Assembly (NCBI GenBank): GCA_050250695.1
Contig: JBFWOE010000001.1
Coordinates: forward strand, 12,387 to 76,386
Length of the DNA: 64,000 nt
DNA from: Burkholderiales bacterium
Lineage (GTDB): Bacteria; Pseudomonadota; Gammaproteobacteria; Burkholderiales; SG8-41
Reading direction: 5' to 3'
Numbering within the stretch: position 1 is the first letter of the stretch; each line of letters starts with the position of its first letter. A model generated the notes under the pieces. It made no database searches. It was not told the DNA's origin and saw nothing but the letters and a program-made list of their open reading frames with translations. Both the position numbers and the translations under genes were made by a program. Shown piece after piece: positions 27,323 through 39,645 of the stretch.

Positions 27323-28234
27323 TCAAGCGGCCTGAGGTTGCCACGCCAGAAACGGCGGTGCATCCTCGGTGCGGTCGTAGCTGACGAATTCCCATGCCTG
27401 CGACTGCTCCAGCAGGTGGCGCAGCAGCCGGTTATTCATCGCGTGCCCCGACTTGTGCCCGCTGAAGGCACCGATCAGGGGATGGCCGAGCAGGTAGAGA
27501 TCGCCAATCGCGTCGAGCACCTTGTGTTTGACAAACTCGTTGTCGTAACGCAGTCCGTCGGTGTTGAGCACGCGGTACTCGTCCATGACGATTGCATTAT
27601 CGAGGCTGCCGCCGAGCGCCAGTCCCTGCGCGCGCATGCTTTCCACGTCCTGCATGAAGCCAAATGTACGCGCGCGGGCGACTTCCTTGACGTACGAGGT
27701 CGATGCGAAATCGACCACAACGGTCTGGGCGCTGGCGTCAAAAACGGGGTGCGCGTAATCGATGGCCAGTTCCAGCCGGAAACCGTTGTGGGGCGCGAAA
27801 CGCACCCACTTGTCGCCATCGCGCACTTCGACCGGTTTGAGGATGCGGATGAACTTCTTCGGGGCTTCCTGCTCTTCGATGCCTGCTGACTGCAGCAGGA
27901 ATACAAATGGCCCCGCACTGCCGTCCATGATCGGCACTTCGGGCGCGGTCACGTCCACCCAGGCATTGTCCACGCCGAGGCCGGCCAGTGCAGACATCAG
28001 GTGTTCCACCGTTTGCACCCGTACGCCGTCCTTTTCCAGGCAGGAAGACAACCGCGTGTCGCCAACCGCGTAAGGATCGGCCTTGATCTCCACCGGCACG
28101 TCGAGATCGGTGCGCCGGAACACGATCCCGGTGTGGGGCTGCGCCGGACGCAGGGTCAGGTGGACCTTTTCGCCCGTGTGCAGACCCACGCCAGTGGCGC
28201 GAATCACGTTCTTCAATGTGCGTTGCCTGATCAC
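27323..28234 (-). CDS. lpxC: UDP-3-O-acyl-N-acetylglucosamine deacetylase
   Basis: GTG start at 28234 gives (M)[39 protein letters not shown] motif present. The upstream 24 codons of the ORF were rejected. Confidence 0.95.
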   Translation of the reverse strand: MIRQRTLKNVIRATGVGLHTGEKVHLTLRPAQPHTGIVFRRTDLDVPVEIKADPYAVGDTRLSSCLEKDGVRVQTVEHLMSALAGLGVDNAWVDVTAPEVPIMDGSAGPFVFLLQSAGIEEQEAPKKFIRILKPVEVRDGDKWVRFAPHNGFRLELAIDYAHPVFDASAQTVVVDFASTSYVKEVARARTFGFMQDVESMRAQGLALGGSLDNAIVMDEYRVLNTDGLRYDNEFVKHKVLDAIGDLYLLGHPLIGAFSGHKSGHAMNNRLLRHLLEQSQAWEFVSYDRTEDAPPFLAWQPQAA

Positions 28235-28359
28235 GATCTGCCACCCATACGCAATGCATCGCCCGGTTTGCCGGGCAGGGTCGCGGATTTTACCATGCTG
28301 CCGCACTGCAGCACAGGCGACTCCGCCATTGCCCGCCCATGAGCAACCGACTTCCGGCT

Positions 28360-29517
28360 TCAGTCGGCCTGTTTGCGCAAGAATGCCGGGATATCCAGCA
28401 TTTCCACCCCGGACTGGCGCATGGCGTCGATCACCTTATCGCGATTGCGGCGGATGACTGCCGGCTGATCCAGCACGTTGTAATCGACATCCATGGTCAT
28501 GTTGTCAGTACCGGTTTTCTGGGCAACGACAACCATCGGTTTGGCCATCTGGCGCACCAGGGGCTTGCCCAGGCCGGTGGCAACGATGGTCACGCGCAGG
28601 CTGTCCTCGAGGGTTTCGTCGTACACCGTGCCCACGATGACCGTTGCCGATTCCGCGGCAAATGCCTTTATGGTCTCCATGACGTCGTACATTTCCTGAA
28701 GCTGGAAAGTCCCCTTGCTGGCCGAAATATTGACCAGCACGCCGCGGGCATCGGAAATGTTGATGTCTTCCAGCAACGGGCAGGCTACCGCCTGCTCCGC
28801 CGCCTCGCGTGCGCGCCCCGTTCCGGCGGCCTTGGCCGAACCCATCATGGCCATGCCCATTTCCGCCATCACCGTCCGCACATCGGCAAAGTCGACGTTG
28901 ATCATGCCGGGACAGCTGATGATTTCCGCGATGCCGGCCACCGCGCCGTGCAGCACGTCGTTGGCGGCACGGAACGCCTCGTCGAGGGTGATGGCGTTGC
29001 CCAGCACCTGCATCAGCTTGTCGTTCGGGATGACGATCAGCGAATCGACATGCTGCGACAGTGCATCCAGCCCTTCCTGCGCCACACGCTGCCGCTTGCC
29101 CTCGAATGCAAACGGCTTGGTCACCACGGCAACCGTCAGGATGCCCAGTTCCTTGGCGATTTCCGCAACTACCGGCGCCGCGCCGGTGCCGGTGCCACCG
29201 CCCATGCCGGCGGTCAGAAACAGCATGTCGGCGCCCGAGATGAGTTCTGCGATCCGTTCGCGGTCCTCGAGAGCGGCCTGGCGGCCGATTTCGGGGTTGG
29301 CGCCCGCGCCCAGGCCCTTGGTGATCTCACCGCCCAGCTGCAGCTGGGTCTTGGCCTGATTCCTTTTCAGCGCCTGGGCATCGGTGTTGGCGCAGATGAA
29401 TTCCACGCCCTGCACACCCTGCACGATCATGTGATCCACCGCATTGCCGCCGCAACCGCCGACACCGATCACCTTGATTACCGCTTCCTGCGCCTGTGCA
29501 TCAATCAGTTCAATCAT
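28360..29517 (-). CDS. ftsZ: Cell division GTPase FtsZ
   Basis: [22 protein letters not shown] and tubulin signature [18 protein letters not shown] 29517. Confidence 0.97.
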   Translation of the reverse strand: MIELIDAQAQEAVIKVIGVGGCGGNAVDHMIVQGVQGVEFICANTDAQALKRNQAKTQLQLGGEITKGLGAGANPEIGRQAALEDRERIAELISGADMLFLTAGMGGGTGTGAAPVVAEIAKELGILTVAVVTKPFAFEGKRQRVAQEGLDALSQHVDSLIVIPNDKLMQVLGNAITLDEAFRAANDVLHGAVAGIAEIISCPGMINVDFADVRTVMAEMGMAMMGSAKAAGTGRAREAAEQAVACPLLEDINISDARGVLVNISASKGTFQLQEMYDVMETIKAFAAESATVIVGTVYDETLEDSLRVTIVATGLGKPLVRQMAKPMVVVAQKTGTDNMTMDVDYNVLDQPAVIRRNRDKVIDAMRQSGVEMLDIPAFLRKQAD

Positions 29518-29603
29518 GTGAGTCTCCTTTTTCCGCAAAAACAAAGTAATGTTGAAAAGCCCTGCACCCGAAAACCGTGAATCCGTCGTCGCCTCCGCCA
29601 CAT

Positions 29604-30842
29604 TCAGAAATTCCCCGTAAACCAGTTCTTCATCCGCTCCACCACCTGCTGGAAGCTGGTGACATGCATTCGTGCCGCATCGCGCTGGCGCTGTTCCTCG
29701 ACGCCGGCGATCAGCAACCCGACACCGGTCGCGTAGCGGGTGCTTCGCACCACTTCGGCGAGCCCCCCCGCGTACTGCGGCATGCCGATGCGCACTGGCA
29801 TGTGGAAAATCTCCTCCCCGAGTTCGACCATGCCCTGCATCGCGCTTGATCCCCCGGTCAGCACCACGCCGGAGGACAGCAGCTCTTCGTAACCGCTGCG
29901 GCGCAGTTCAGTCTGCACCAGCGAATAGAGCTCCTCGACGCGCGGCTCGATGACTTCGGCCAGCGTCTTGCGTGACAGCTGCCGCGAGCTGCGGTCACCG
30001 ACGCCCGGCACATCCACCATCTCCTGCGGGTCAGCCAGCTGCGACAACGCGCAGCCGAAACGCTGCTTGATGTCTTCGGCGTCCTTGGTCGGGGTGCGCA
30101 GCGCCATCGCAATGTCATTGGTGATCTGGTCGCCGGCGATCGGGATCACCGCGGTGTGGCGGATCGCGCCGTGGGTGAATACCGCCATGTCCGTGGTGCC
30201 GCCGCCGATGTCGACCAGGCAGACACCCAGATCCTTTTCGTCCTCCGAGAGTACCGCCTCCGACGACGCCAGCGGCTGCAGGATCAGGTCGTTGACCTCC
30301 AGCCCGCAGCGACGCACGCACTTGATGATGTTCTGCGCCGCCGACACCGCGCCGGTGACGATGTGGACTTTGACCTCGAGCCGTACGCCGGACATGCCCA
30401 GCGGCTCGCGCACATCCTCCTGTCCATCAATGACGAATTCCTGGTTGAGCACATGCAGGATCTGCTGGTCGTTGGGAATCTGCACCGCCTTGGCGGTCTC
30501 GATCACCCTGTCGATGTCCATCTGCGCGACCTCCTTGTCCTTGATCGCGACCATGCCCTGGGAGTTGAAACTCTTGATGTGATTGCCCGCGATGCCGGTA
30601 TAGACCTCGCGTATCTTGCAGTCGGCCATCAGTTCCGCTTCTTCAAGGGCGCGCTGGATGGCATTGACCGTGGTCTCGATGTTGACCACGACGCCTTTCT
30701 TCAGCCCCCGCGAGGGATGGCTGCCCATGCCGATGATTTCGAAGCCGCCCTCGGGCTTGATCTCGGCAACAATGGCAACGATTTTTGATGTGCCGATGTC
30801 CAGGCCCACCACCAGTTTTTTGTTTTCCCTGTTCTTGTTCAT
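29604..30842 (-). CDS. ftsA: Cell division protein FtsA
   Basis: MNKNRENKKLVVGLDIGTSKIVAIV is the actin-like fold opening. ATG 30842 is preferred over 30854 on RBS spacing. Confidence 0.95.
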   Translation of the reverse strand: MNKNRENKKLVVGLDIGTSKIVAIVAEIKPEGGFEIIGMGSHPSRGLKKGVVVNIETTVNAIQRALEEAELMADCKIREVYTGIAGNHIKSFNSQGMVAIKDKEVAQMDIDRVIETAKAVQIPNDQQILHVLNQEFVIDGQEDVREPLGMSGVRLEVKVHIVTGAVSAAQNIIKCVRRCGLEVNDLILQPLASSEAVLSEDEKDLGVCLVDIGGGTTDMAVFTHGAIRHTAVIPIAGDQITNDIAMALRTPTKDAEDIKQRFGCALSQLADPQEMVDVPGVGDRSSRQLSRKTLAEVIEPRVEELYSLVQTELRRSGYEELLSSGVVLTGGSSAMQGMVELGEEIFHMPVRIGMPQYAGGLAEVVRSTRYATGVGLLIAGVEEQRQRDAARMHVTSFQQVVERMKNWFTGNF

Positions 30843-30856
30843 GGTTCCTGTCATTC

Positions 30857-31591
30857 CTAGGCACCGCCTCCGGGCCGGGCCGACGCCACAGGCGGCAATC
30901 CCGGCACTCGCGCGGCAAATCCGTTGGCATAACGAAGATCAACCCGGTCCACCGGCCGCGCCACGCGGGCCAGCGTCACCGGATAAGCCGCCACGAAACG
31001 GCGCAGCCGGTCTTCGATCTGTTCGCGGCCAAGATCCAGCGTCATGCCGTCATCCAGCCTGATCTGCCAGGCGCGCCGCTGCGACAGGCTGAGTTGCACA
31101 GGCGTTTTGCCTAGCGCGGCAAGGTTGCGCCGGAAATGGTCGTACTGGATCGCCATCTCCTTGGCGGCATCAGCGGGTCCGTTGAACACCGGAAGCGTTC
31201 CGTCGTATGCGGCCTCGAAAACCTCGCCTTGCTCATTGATCAGCGCCGCGCTTCCCCAGCGCGCGATCGGCCGGTGTTCTGCCAGCGTCACGTCGAGACC
31301 GCCCGGCCACCGGCGACGAATCTCGGCGCGGCGCACCCATGGCAGGGTCTCGAATGCGCTGCGCGTGCGCACCAGCGGCTGGGTGAAAAACGTGCCCCGC
31401 ACTTCGCGCCGCACGATCTGCTCGATCTGCTCACGGGTGACATGCACGGGCGCCACAGCCAGCCGTACCTCGGTGATCGAAAAAACCGGTGACCGCACCG
31501 CAAACAGCACACTTCCGTAGAGCAGGCCGAGCAGCGCTGCCACGACCAGCAGATCAGTCAGCAGGGCCAGTACTGCGGGTTTATCCCACAT
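30857..31591 (-). CDS. ftsQ: Cell division protein FtsQ
   Basis: One TM helix ([23 protein letters not shown]) followed by POTRA/FtsQ domains. ATG 31591 overlaps the ddl end by 11 nt. Confidence 0.85.
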   Translation of the reverse strand: MWDKPAVLALLTDLLVVAALLGLLYGSVLFAVRSPVFSITEVRLAVAPVHVTREQIEQIVRREVRGTFFTQPLVRTRSAFETLPWVRRAEIRRRWPGGLDVTLAEHRPIARWGSAALINEQGEVFEAAYDGTLPVFNGPADAAKEMAIQYDHFRRNLAALGKTPVQLSLSQRRAWQIRLDDGMTLDLGREQIEDRLRRFVAAYPVTLARVARPVDRVDLRYANGFAARVPGLPPVASARPGGGA

Positions 31592-32492
31592 GGGCGAGCT
31601 CCAGTATCCGCATGACGAGGGCACTGAACGACAACCCGGCCTGGCGCGCCGCCATCGGCACCAGGCTGTGGCCGGTCATGCCGGGCGAAGTATTCATCTC
31701 AAGAAACTGCACGCTGCCATCCGGCCGGCGGATCAGGTCGGCGCGGCCCCAGCCCTCGCAACCCAGCGCCTGCGCACTGCGCATGACCATTTCGCGGATA
31801 CGCCGCTCTTCGTCATCCGGCAACCCGCAGGGACAGAAATATTTCGTTTCGTCGCTGAAATACTTGTTCTGATAATCGTAATTGCCCTGAGGCGCCTCGA
31901 TGCGGATCAGCGGCAGCGCCTGTGTCCCGACAAAACCGCCGGTCAGTTCGTCGCCGGCGACGAATTCTTCCGCCATCACCATCGGATCATGGGTTGATGC
32001 CAGCGCGTAGGCCGCCTCCAGGCCGGAGACGGCCGTCACCTTGGTCAGACCGATGGTCGATCCCTCACGCACGGGTTTGATGATCAGGGGCAAACCGAGG
32101 CGTCCGGCAACGCCGGCCCAGTCGCTGCCGGCATCGACCAGTTCGCAGCGCGGCGTCGGGATCCCCGTTGCGGTCCACACCAGCTTGGTGCGCACCTTGT
32201 CCATCGCCAGTGCCGATGCCATGACACCGCTGCCGGTATAGGGAATCCCCAGCAATTCCAGCGCACCCTGAACAGTTCCGTCTTCGCCGTAACGCCCGTG
32301 CAGCGCGATGAACACGCGGTTGAATCCCTCGTGCTTGAGCTCGAAAATTTCCTTATCGGCAGGATCAAACGCATGCGCGTCGAGGCCGGCGGCGCACAGA
32401 ACCTCGAGCACCTTGCCCCCACTCATCAGCGACACCTCGCGTTCGGCGCTGCGTCCGCCCATCAGGACCGCGATTTTCCCGAAACCGTTCAT
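31581..32492 (-). CDS. ddl: D-alanine--D-alanine ligase
   Basis: [56 protein letters not shown]. Confidence 0.95.
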   Translation of the reverse strand: MNGFGKIAVLMGGRSAEREVSLMSGGKVLEVLCAAGLDAHAFDPADKEIFELKHEGFNRVFIALHGRYGEDGTVQGALELLGIPYTGSGVMASALAMDKVRTKLVWTATGIPTPRCELVDAGSDWAGVAGRLGLPLIIKPVREGSTIGLTKVTAVSGLEAAYALASTHDPMVMAEEFVAGDELTGGFVGTQALPLIRIEAPQGNYDYQNKYFSDETKYFCPCGLPDDEERRIREMVMRSAQALGCEGWGRADLIRRPDGSVQFLEMNTSPGMTGHSLVPMAARQAGLSFSALVMRILELAHVG

Positions 32493-33454
32493 GCCCGCTC
32501 TCCGACGATGCGCACTTCTCGCTCGAGATGAACGCCTGATTTCTGCTGCACGGTCTGCTGTACCAGTTCGATCAGGGACTCAATATCGGCCGCACTGGCA
32601 CCGCCGCTGTTGATGATGAAGTTGGCGTGTTTCGTCGAAATCGACGCGCCGCCGATCTGCCGGCCTTTCAGGCCGCAGGCCTCGATCAGCCGTGCCGCGT
32701 GGTCGCCCTGTGGATTGCGGAACACGGACCCGGCGTTGGGCATGCCCAGCGGCTGGGTCGCAATGCGCTTCGCCAGCAGTTCCTTGATGCGCGCACGCGA
32801 TTGCGTGCCGCTGCCACGCACCATCCGCAAGGTTGCAGCCACGAACCATTCCTCGCCGCCGCGCACGCCGCCTCCGGGCAAACTCGACAACTGGCGGCAG
32901 CGCGGCACGACGCTGCGATAGGCGATGTGATAGTGCTGCGGCGTGCGTAACCACAGGTTCCCCGCGCGGTCTATGGTTTCCACCTGTTCGACCAGATCCC
33001 AGGTTTCCCCGCCGTAGCAGCCGGCATTCATCGCCAGCGCCCCGCCGATGGTGCCGGGTATGCCGGCAAGAAATTCGGCGCCGGCAAATTCGTTGAGCGC
33101 CGCCGTGCGCGCCACTTTCGGGCAGGCCACCCCGGATTGCACCCTGATCGTGCCGCCGGACCTGTCGCTGCCCATGACCCGCAGTTCGCGCAGCGCCCAG
33201 TGCGTGAAAATCACCGTGCCCGCAAACCCGCCGTCGCGCACCAGCAGATTGCTGCCGAGGCCCGCGAACAGGACCGGCTCGCCGTCCGGCAAACCGCGCA
33301 GGAACAGCGCCATGTCTTCCAGATCGGCCGGTGCATAGGCACGGCGTGCAAGGCCGCCGGCCCGCCAGCTGACATGCCGCGCCATCGGCTCGTCGCGGCT
33401 AAGTTTTCCGCGCAGTCCGTGACCGGCTATCTGCACCTGTTCGCTCATGTTCAT
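32489..33454 (-). CDS. murB: UDP-N-acetylenolpyruvoylglucosamine reductase
   Basis: Start at ATG 33454 (MNMSEQ..), 13 nt after the murC stop. Contains [13 protein letters not shown] and ..GSVFRNP... The upstream 61 codons were rejected. Confidence 0.93.
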   Translation of the reverse strand: MNMSEQVQIAGHGLRGKLSRDEPMARHVSWRAGGLARRAYAPADLEDMALFLRGLPDGEPVLFAGLGSNLLVRDGGFAGTVIFTHWALRELRVMGSDRSGGTIRVQSGVACPKVARTAALNEFAGAEFLAGIPGTIGGALAMNAGCYGGETWDLVEQVETIDRAGNLWLRTPQHYHIAYRSVVPRCRQLSSLPGGGVRGGEEWFVAATLRMVRGSGTQSRARIKELLAKRIATQPLGMPNAGSVFRNPQGDHAARLIEACGLKGRQIGGASISTKHANFIINSGGASAADIESLIELVQQTVQQKSGVHLEREVRIVGERA

Positions 33455-33467
33455 GTCAGCCCTGCGC

Positions 33468-34865
33468 TCATGCGCCGCCCTGCACCAGCCTACCGGCGAC
33501 GCTGCCGATCGAGCCCGCCCCCATCGCCAGCACGACATCACCGTCGCGAACCGTGCCGCAGATGCACTGGGGCAGGTCGGCCACCTGTTCGACAAACACC
33601 GGCTCCACCTTGCCCAGCACGCGCACCGCCCGCGCAAGCGCCCGGCCGTCCGCCGCGACGATCGGCGCCTCCCCCGCGGGATAAACCTCGGTCAGCAGCA
33701 GGGCGTCGACGGTGGACAGCACGCGCGCGAAATCCTCGAAGCAATCGCGGGTCCGCGTATAACGGTGCGGCTGGAATGCCAGCACCAGGCGCCGCCCGGG
33801 AAATGCGCCTCGCGCCGCGGCGATCGTCGCCGCCATTTCCACCGGATGGTGTCCGTAATCGTCGATCAGGTCGTAAGCGCCGCCGCCGGGGAGCGGTATC
33901 GCGCCATGCCGCTGGAAACGCCGCCCCACGCCCTTGAATTCCGCCAGCGCCTTGACGATCTTTTCGTCGGCAACGCCGACTTCCATGCCGACCGCGATTG
34001 CCGCCAGCGCGTTCTGCACGTTGTGGATTCCCGGAAGATTGAGCGCAATGTCCAGATCCGGCAGCCGTTTGCCGTTCTTGCGCTGCACGCGAAACCGCAT
34101 CCGCCCCGCGTCCGCTACGACCGCACTGGCGCGGATCTGCGAGCCCTCGCCTATGCCGTAGGTGACCATGGTCCGGGTCAGGCGCGGCATGATCGCACGC
34201 ACGTTGGCATCGTCGTTGCACAGCACCACCACGCCGTAGAACGGCAGACGCTCGATGAAATCGACAAAAGCCTGCTTCAGCCTGTCCATCGAATGGTCGT
34301 AGGTTTCCATGTGATCGGCATCGATGTTGGTGACTACGGAAATCACCGGCTGCAGATGCAGGAAAGACGTATCCGACTCATCGGCCTCGGCGACAATGAA
34401 CTCGCCGGCACCGAGACGGGCATGCGCACCGGCGCTCTCCAGGCGGCCGCCGATGACGAACGTGGGATCCAGCCCTCCCTCGGCCAGCACGCTTGCGGCG
34501 AGGCTGGTGGTGGTGGTCTTGCCATGGGTGCCCGCCACCGCGATGCCCTGCTTCAGCCGCATCAGTTCAGCCAGCATCAGCGCGCGCGGCACCACCGGCA
34601 CTTGGCGGGCACGCGCGGCGAGAACCTCCGGGTTATCGGCCCGGACCGCGCTGGAAGTCACCACGACGTCTGCGGCGCTCACATGTTCCGCTGCGTGTCC
34701 CACAAAAACCTGCGCGCCGAGTCCGGCAAGGCGGCGCGTCGCATTGCTTTCGCTCAGGTCGGAGCCGCTGACCACGTAACCCAGGTTGAGCAGCACCTCG
34801 GCGATGCCGCTCATGCCGGCGCCGCCGATGCCCACGAAATGCACCTGTCTGACCTTGTGCCTCAT
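33468..34865 (-). CDS. murC: UDP-N-acetylmuramate--L-alanine ligase
   Basis: [25 protein letters not shown] and [12 protein letters not shown] 34865 overlaps the murG stop (ATGA). Confidence 0.95.
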   Translation of the reverse strand: MRHKVRQVHFVGIGGAGMSGIAEVLLNLGYVVSGSDLSESNATRRLAGLGAQVFVGHAAEHVSAADVVVTSSAVRADNPEVLAARARQVPVVPRALMLAELMRLKQGIAVAGTHGKTTTTSLAASVLAEGGLDPTFVIGGRLESAGAHARLGAGEFIVAEADESDTSFLHLQPVISVVTNIDADHMETYDHSMDRLKQAFVDFIERLPFYGVVVLCNDDANVRAIMPRLTRTMVTYGIGEGSQIRASAVVADAGRMRFRVQRKNGKRLPDLDIALNLPGIHNVQNALAAIAVGMEVGVADEKIVKALAEFKGVGRRFQRHGAIPLPGGGAYDLIDDYGHHPVEMAATIAAARGAFPGRRLVLAFQPHRYTRTRDCFEDFARVLSTVDALLLTEVYPAGEAPIVAADGRALARAVRVLGKVEPVFVEQVADLPQCICGTVRDGDVVLAMGAGSIGSVAGRLVQGGA

Positions 34866-35935
34866 GCAGGTACCAGCTCCGCGCACATTGCGGCGACCTT
34901 CTGCGCCGCATCGGGTTTGCCCAGAGCACGCGCGGCTCGCGCCATCTCCACCAGTTTCGCGCGCGTCAAGCCGCGCAGCATTGCCGCCAGCGATTGCGGC
35001 GACATTTCGGTCTGCGGCATCAGCAGTGCAGCGCCGCGGTCGGCGAGATAACTCGCGTTGCGTGTCTGGTGATCGTCCACCGCATGCGGAAACGGAACCA
35101 GGATGCTGCCGACGCCGGCCACCGCGAGCTCGGTGACGGTGGTCGCGCCCGCCCGCGAAATGATCAGGTCGGCCTCGCCGTAACGGCTGGCCATGTCATC
35201 AATGAACGCCAGCACCTCGGCATCGACGCCGAGTTCGCGGTAGGTGCGACGCAGCGCGTCCACGTGGACGGCGCCGGCCTGGTGAGCGACAAGCGGTCGC
35301 TCCGCGACCGCGAGCAATGCCAGCGCCTGTGGCACGATTTCGTTCAGGGCCCTGGCGCCGAGACTGCCGCCGACGATGAATACGCGCAACGGTCCGCTGC
35401 GGCCGGCAAAACGCGCCTCCGGCGGGGCGAGCCTGACGATATCTTCGCGCACCGGATTGCCCGACCAGATCACGTCGACCCGTCCGCTGAAGGCATCGGG
35501 AAACGCAGCAAGCACGCGATCCGCGACCCCCGCAAGCACGCGGTTGGCCATCCCGGGCACGGCATTCTGTTCATGGATGACCAGCGGTTTGCCGAGCAAC
35601 GCTGCCATCATGCCACCGGGAAACGCCGCATAACCGCCCATGCCGAGCACCACGTCGGGCCGGTGGCGGAATATCGCCCGCGCGCTCTGCCAGAAAGCGA
35701 CCAGCAGCGCCGCGGGCAGAACCAGCTTGCGCAACCAGCCCTTGCCGCGCACCCCGCCGAAACGGATCCAAACGGCCGGATAGCCGCGTGCAGGCACAAG
35801 TCGCTCCTCCATGCCGCCGCGTGCGCCGAGCCAGACCACGTTCCAGCCGCGGTCGCGCAGCACGTCGGCAACAGCCAGGCCCGGAAAAATATGCCCGCCG
35901 GTTCCGCCGGCCATGACGAGCAGGGTGCGCGTCAT
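34862..35935 (-). CDS. murG: Undecaprenyldiphospho-muramoylpentapeptide beta-N-acetylglucosaminyltransferase
   Basis: [26 protein letters not shown] 35935 overlaps the ftsW stop (ATGA). The upstream 60 codons were rejected. Confidence 0.95.
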   Translation of the reverse strand: MTRTLLVMAGGTGGHIFPGLAVADVLRDRGWNVVWLGARGGMEERLVPARGYPAVWIRFGGVRGKGWLRKLVLPAALLVAFWQSARAIFRHRPDVVLGMGGYAAFPGGMMAALLGKPLVIHEQNAVPGMANRVLAGVADRVLAAFPDAFSGRVDVIWSGNPVREDIVRLAPPEARFAGRSGPLRVFIVGGSLGARALNEIVPQALALLAVAERPLVAHQAGAVHVDALRRTYRELGVDAEVLAFIDDMASRYGEADLIISRAGATTVTELAVAGVGSILVPFPHAVDDHQTRNASYLADRGAALLMPQTEMSPQSLAAMLRGLTRAKLVEMARAARALGKPDAAQKVAAMCAELVPA

Positions 35936-37098
35936 ACCGTAAACCCCCGCGCCAGCTGCCGGTTTTCCCAATCGACCCGCAGCAATATTGCCAGCGCGCA
36001 GCAGGTCACCAGGATCGCGCTGCCGCCAAACGACAGCAGCGGGAGCGTCAGTCCCTTGGTCGGCAATATGCCCATGTTGACGCCCATGTTGATGATGGCC
36101 TGCACGCCGATCCACAGCCCGATGCCCTGCGCCACCAGCGCGGCATAGGGTCGCTCGAGGTCAGCGGCGCGGCGGCCGATGGCAAAGGCGCGCCAGACGA
36201 TCCACCCGAACAGCATCACCAGCGCAAGCACGCCGGCGAAACCGAGTTCCTCCGCTATCACCGCCAGCAGGAAATCGGTATGCGCCTCGGGCAGGTAAAA
36301 CAGTTTTTCGACGCTGGCGCCCAGTCCCACGCCAAACCACTCGCCGCGACCGAAGGCGATAAGCGCATGCGACAGCTGGTAACCCTTGCCGTACGGATCA
36401 GCCCACGGATCCATGAAACCGATCACCCGCTGCATGCGGTACGGGCTGGTCCAGATCAGCAGCAGGAACCCGGCAAGCAGCATCACGATCAGTCCGGCAA
36501 ACAGCCGCCAGTTCATGCCGCCGAGAAACAGCAGGCTCATCGCGATGACGGTAATCACCGCAAACGCGCCGAAGTCGGGTTCCAGCAGCAGCAATGCGCC
36601 GGTCAGCAGCATCACGCCGAACATCGGCAGGAACCCCTTGCGCAGGCTGTTCATGAACACCGCCTTGCGCACGGTGTAGTCGGCGGCATACAGCACGGCG
36701 CACAGTTTCATCAGTTCCGAGGGCTGCAGATTGACCACGTAAAGCGACAGCCAGCGCCGGCTGCCGTTGACTTCACGACCGATGCCGGGAATCAGCACCA
36801 GCACCAGCAGCACCAGCCCGCCCATGAACAGGAAAGGCGCGGCCTGCTGCCAAAGGCGCAGCGGCACCTGGAACACCATCGCCGCGGCAAACAGGCTGAC
36901 CAGGATGAACATGCCGTGACGCAGCAGGTAATGCGCCGCGTTGCTGCCGGTGCTGCGGCTCGCCTCGGCGATGGCAATCGAAGCCGAATACACCATCACC
37001 AGGCCAAACGACAGCAGCAGCACGGTGACCCAGATCAGCGCGCGGTCGTACTCCGCTACAGCAACGCCCTGCCCGGCGGTGGCGAAATACCGGTTCAT
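35932..37098 (-). CDS. ftsW: Lipid II flippase / peptidoglycan glycosyltransferase FtsW (SEDS family)
   Basis: 388 aa and polytopic. Contains ..[19 protein letters not shown].. and ..[14 protein letters not shown].. Confidence 0.95.
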   Translation of the reverse strand: MNRYFATAGQGVAVAEYDRALIWVTVLLLSFGLVMVYSASIAIAEASRSTGSNAAHYLLRHGMFILVSLFAAAMVFQVPLRLWQQAAPFLFMGGLVLLVLVLIPGIGREVNGSRRWLSLYVVNLQPSELMKLCAVLYAADYTVRKAVFMNSLRKGFLPMFGVMLLTGALLLLEPDFGAFAVITVIAMSLLFLGGMNWRLFAGLIVMLLAGFLLLIWTSPYRMQRVIGFMDPWADPYGKGYQLSHALIAFGRGEWFGVGLGASVEKLFYLPEAHTDFLLAVIAEELGFAGVLALVMLFGWIVWRAFAIGRRAADLERPYAALVAQGIGLWIGVQAIINMGVNMGILPTKGLTLPLLSFGGSAILVTCCALAILLRVDWENRQLARGFTV

Positions 37099-38471
37099 GC
37101 CTGCCTCCGCTCGAGGGCCTCGACCGCCGCAGCAAACACTTCGGCGCGATGGATGTAGCTGCGGTACATGTCGTAGCTCGCGCAGGCCGGCGAGAGCAGC
37201 ACCGCATCGCCCTCATCAGCGGCAGTGAAGGCCATTTCGACCGCTTCAGCCATGTCGGCGGCGCGCAGCAGCATTGCAGCGCCGCCGATCGCCTGGGCAA
37301 TTTTTCCGGCGTCGCGTCCGATCAGCACCACTGCCCGCGCCTTGTTCCTGACGGCGGCGGCGAGCGGCGCAAAATCCTGCCCCTTGCCATCACCCCCAGC
37401 GATCAGCACGACATGGCTGCGCATGCCGTTCAATGCCGCGACCGTGGCGCCGACGTTGGTCCCCTTGGAATCGTCGATGAACTCTATATTATTGATTTTA
37501 TTTTTTATTTTTGAGCGATGCGGCAAGCCGTCAAACGTCTTCCAGCCGCTGGCAATGGCGCTGTCGGAAACCCCCAGCACGCGGCACAACGCACCTGCGG
37601 CCAACGCATTCGCTGCGTTATGCAAACCCCTGACCTTCAGGTCGCCCGTTGCAGCCAGCACCACCGCGCCGCGCACCAGCTTCGCGCCATCGCCGATGCC
37701 CCAGTCTTCCGCTGTGCGCGGCACATCGAGGCCGAAGCTCACCACGCTCCGGGCGGGCAGACGCATACCCGCACTCCAGCGGTCTTCACGGTTGATCACC
37801 TGCACGCCGTTGCCGGCGAAGATGCGGCTCTTGGCAGCCGCGTAATCGGACAGACCTTGATAGCGGTCGAGGTGGTCCTCGGTCACGTTGAGCACCGTCG
37901 CCGCCCTTGGCTGCAGCGTGATCGTGCTCTCCAGCTGAAAGCTCGACAATTCAAGCACCACCGCGCCAGGCATCGCAGCGCCGTTTTCGATTTCCGTCCA
38001 TGCATCCAGCACCGGCAGACCAATGTTGCCTGCGACCAGCGGCGACAGTCCGGCCGCAGTGCAGATCGCGCCGGCCATCGCCGTCACCGTGCTTTTGCCG
38101 TTCGACCCGGTGATCGCTAGCACCGGCGGCGCATCGTCGCGCACGGCGATCGCACGCGCAAACAACTCGATGTCGCCCACCACCGGAACACCGCGCGTCG
38201 CGGCCTGTGCAACCGCGCCGCTGCGCCGGTCGACACCGGGACTTACCGCCACGATGTCGGCATCGGCGATCTCGCTGTCGGGCGAGACGCCCAGAGCCAG
38301 CGGCACATCCGGCAATTCGCGCTGCATTACGTCCGCGCACGGCGGCACCGTCCGGGTGTCCGTAGCACGCACGCGGGCACCGTGGCGATGCGCCCACCGC
38401 GCCATCGACAACCCGGAATCGCCGAGTCCGACGACCACAACGCGTGCGCCCCTGAGACCGCGCATCAGCAT
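37095..38471 (-). CDS. murD: UDP-N-acetylmuramoylalanine--D-glutamate ligase
   Basis: [33 protein letters not shown] and DSKGTN. ATG 38471 has an AAAGGAA RBS. The upstream 28 codons were rejected. Confidence 0.95.
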   Translation of the reverse strand: MLMRGLRGARVVVVGLGDSGLSMARWAHRHGARVRATDTRTVPPCADVMQRELPDVPLALGVSPDSEIADADIVAVSPGVDRRSGAVAQAATRGVPVVGDIELFARAIAVRDDAPPVLAITGSNGKSTVTAMAGAICTAAGLSPLVAGNIGLPVLDAWTEIENGAAMPGAVVLELSSFQLESTITLQPRAATVLNVTEDHLDRYQGLSDYAAAKSRIFAGNGVQVINREDRWSAGMRLPARSVVSFGLDVPRTAEDWGIGDGAKLVRGAVVLAATGDLKVRGLHNAANALAAGALCRVLGVSDSAIASGWKTFDGLPHRSKIKNKINNIEFIDDSKGTNVGATVAALNGMRSHVVLIAGGDGKGQDFAPLAAAVRNKARAVVLIGRDAGKIAQAIGGAAMLLRAADMAEAVEMAFTAADEGDAVLLSPACASYDMYRSYIHRAEVFAAAVEALERRQA

Positions 38472-38556
38472 CGTTCCTTTCGCGGCGCGGCGCGGCCTTT
38501 GCGCCCGGCAATGCCTGCGCCGACCGGGTGAATGTGTGCGCAGTTCGATCCGCATC

Positions 38557-39642
38557 TCATCGCAGCTTCAATGTCGAAAGCCCCACAAGCACCAGCATCA
38601 TCGTGATGATCCAGAAACGGACGACAACCTGGTTTTCTTTCCAGCCCTTCAGCTCGTAATGGTGGTGCAGCGGCGCCATTCGGAATATCCGTTTGCCGGT
38701 GAGCTTGAACGACGCCACCTGCAGCATCACCGACAGGGTTTCGACCACGAACACGCCGCCCATGATGAACAGCACGATTTCCTGTCGTACGATCACCGCG
38801 ATCGTGCCCAGCGCCGCACCCAGCGCCAGCGCACCGACATCGCCCATGAATACCTCCGCGGGATAGGCGTTGAACCACAGGAACGCCAGTCCGGCGCCGG
38901 CAATGGCACCGCAGATCACCGTCAGTTCGCCTGCGCCGGGTATGTACGGAAATGCCAGGTACTTGGCAAAAACCGCGTTGCCGGCAACGTAGGCAAAGAT
39001 GCCCAGCGCACTGCCGATCATCACCGTGGGCATGATCGCCAGTCCGTCAAGGCCGTCGGTCAGGTTGACGGCATTGCTGGTTCCGACGATGACGAAATAG
39101 GTCATGACGATGAAGCCGACCGCGCCCAGCGGATAGGCGATCTGCTTGAAGAACGGCACGATGAACGCGGTCTGCGCCGGCAGGTTGGTCGAATACGCGA
39201 TGAATATCGCCGCGGCGAGTCCGATCACCGACTGCCAGAACAGCTTGGCCCTGGCCGAGAGGCCTTTCGGATTGCGGTGGACAACTTTCCTGTAATCGTC
39301 GACCCAGCCGACCGCGCCGAAACCCACGGTCACGCCGAGCACGATCCACACGAACCGGTTCTGCAGGTCGGCCCACAGCAAGGTGGTGATGATGATGGCG
39401 ACCAGGATCAGCGCGCCGCCCATGGTCGGCGTTCCGGCCTTGACCAGATGGGTCTGCGGCCCGTCATCGCGAACAGACTGTCCGATCTTGTACGCGGTGA
39501 GCTTGCGGATCAACGTCGGGCCGATGACGAATGAAATGATCAGCGCCGTCAGGCAGGCCAACACCGCGCGCAGCGTCAGGTAGCTGAACACATTGAATGC
39601 CCGCGCGTACTGTTCCAGCCATTGCGCCAGGATCAGCAGCAT
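38557..39642 (-). CDS. mraY: Phospho-N-acetylmuramoyl-pentapeptide transferase
   Basis: ..KAGTPTMGG.., ..[13 protein letters not shown].. and ..[14 protein letters not shown].. Confidence 0.97.
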   Translation of the reverse strand: MLLILAQWLEQYARAFNVFSYLTLRAVLACLTALIISFVIGPTLIRKLTAYKIGQSVRDDGPQTHLVKAGTPTMGGALILVAIIITTLLWADLQNRFVWIVLGVTVGFGAVGWVDDYRKVVHRNPKGLSARAKLFWQSVIGLAAAIFIAYSTNLPAQTAFIVPFFKQIAYPLGAVGFIVMTYFVIVGTSNAVNLTDGLDGLAIMPTVMIGSALGIFAYVAGNAVFAKYLAFPYIPGAGELTVICGAIAGAGLAFLWFNAYPAEVFMGDVGALALGAALGTIAVIVRQEIVLFIMGGVFVVETLSVMLQVASFKLTGKRIFRMAPLHHHYELKGWKENQVVVRFWIITMMLVLVGLSTLKLR

Positions 39643-39645
39643 CGC

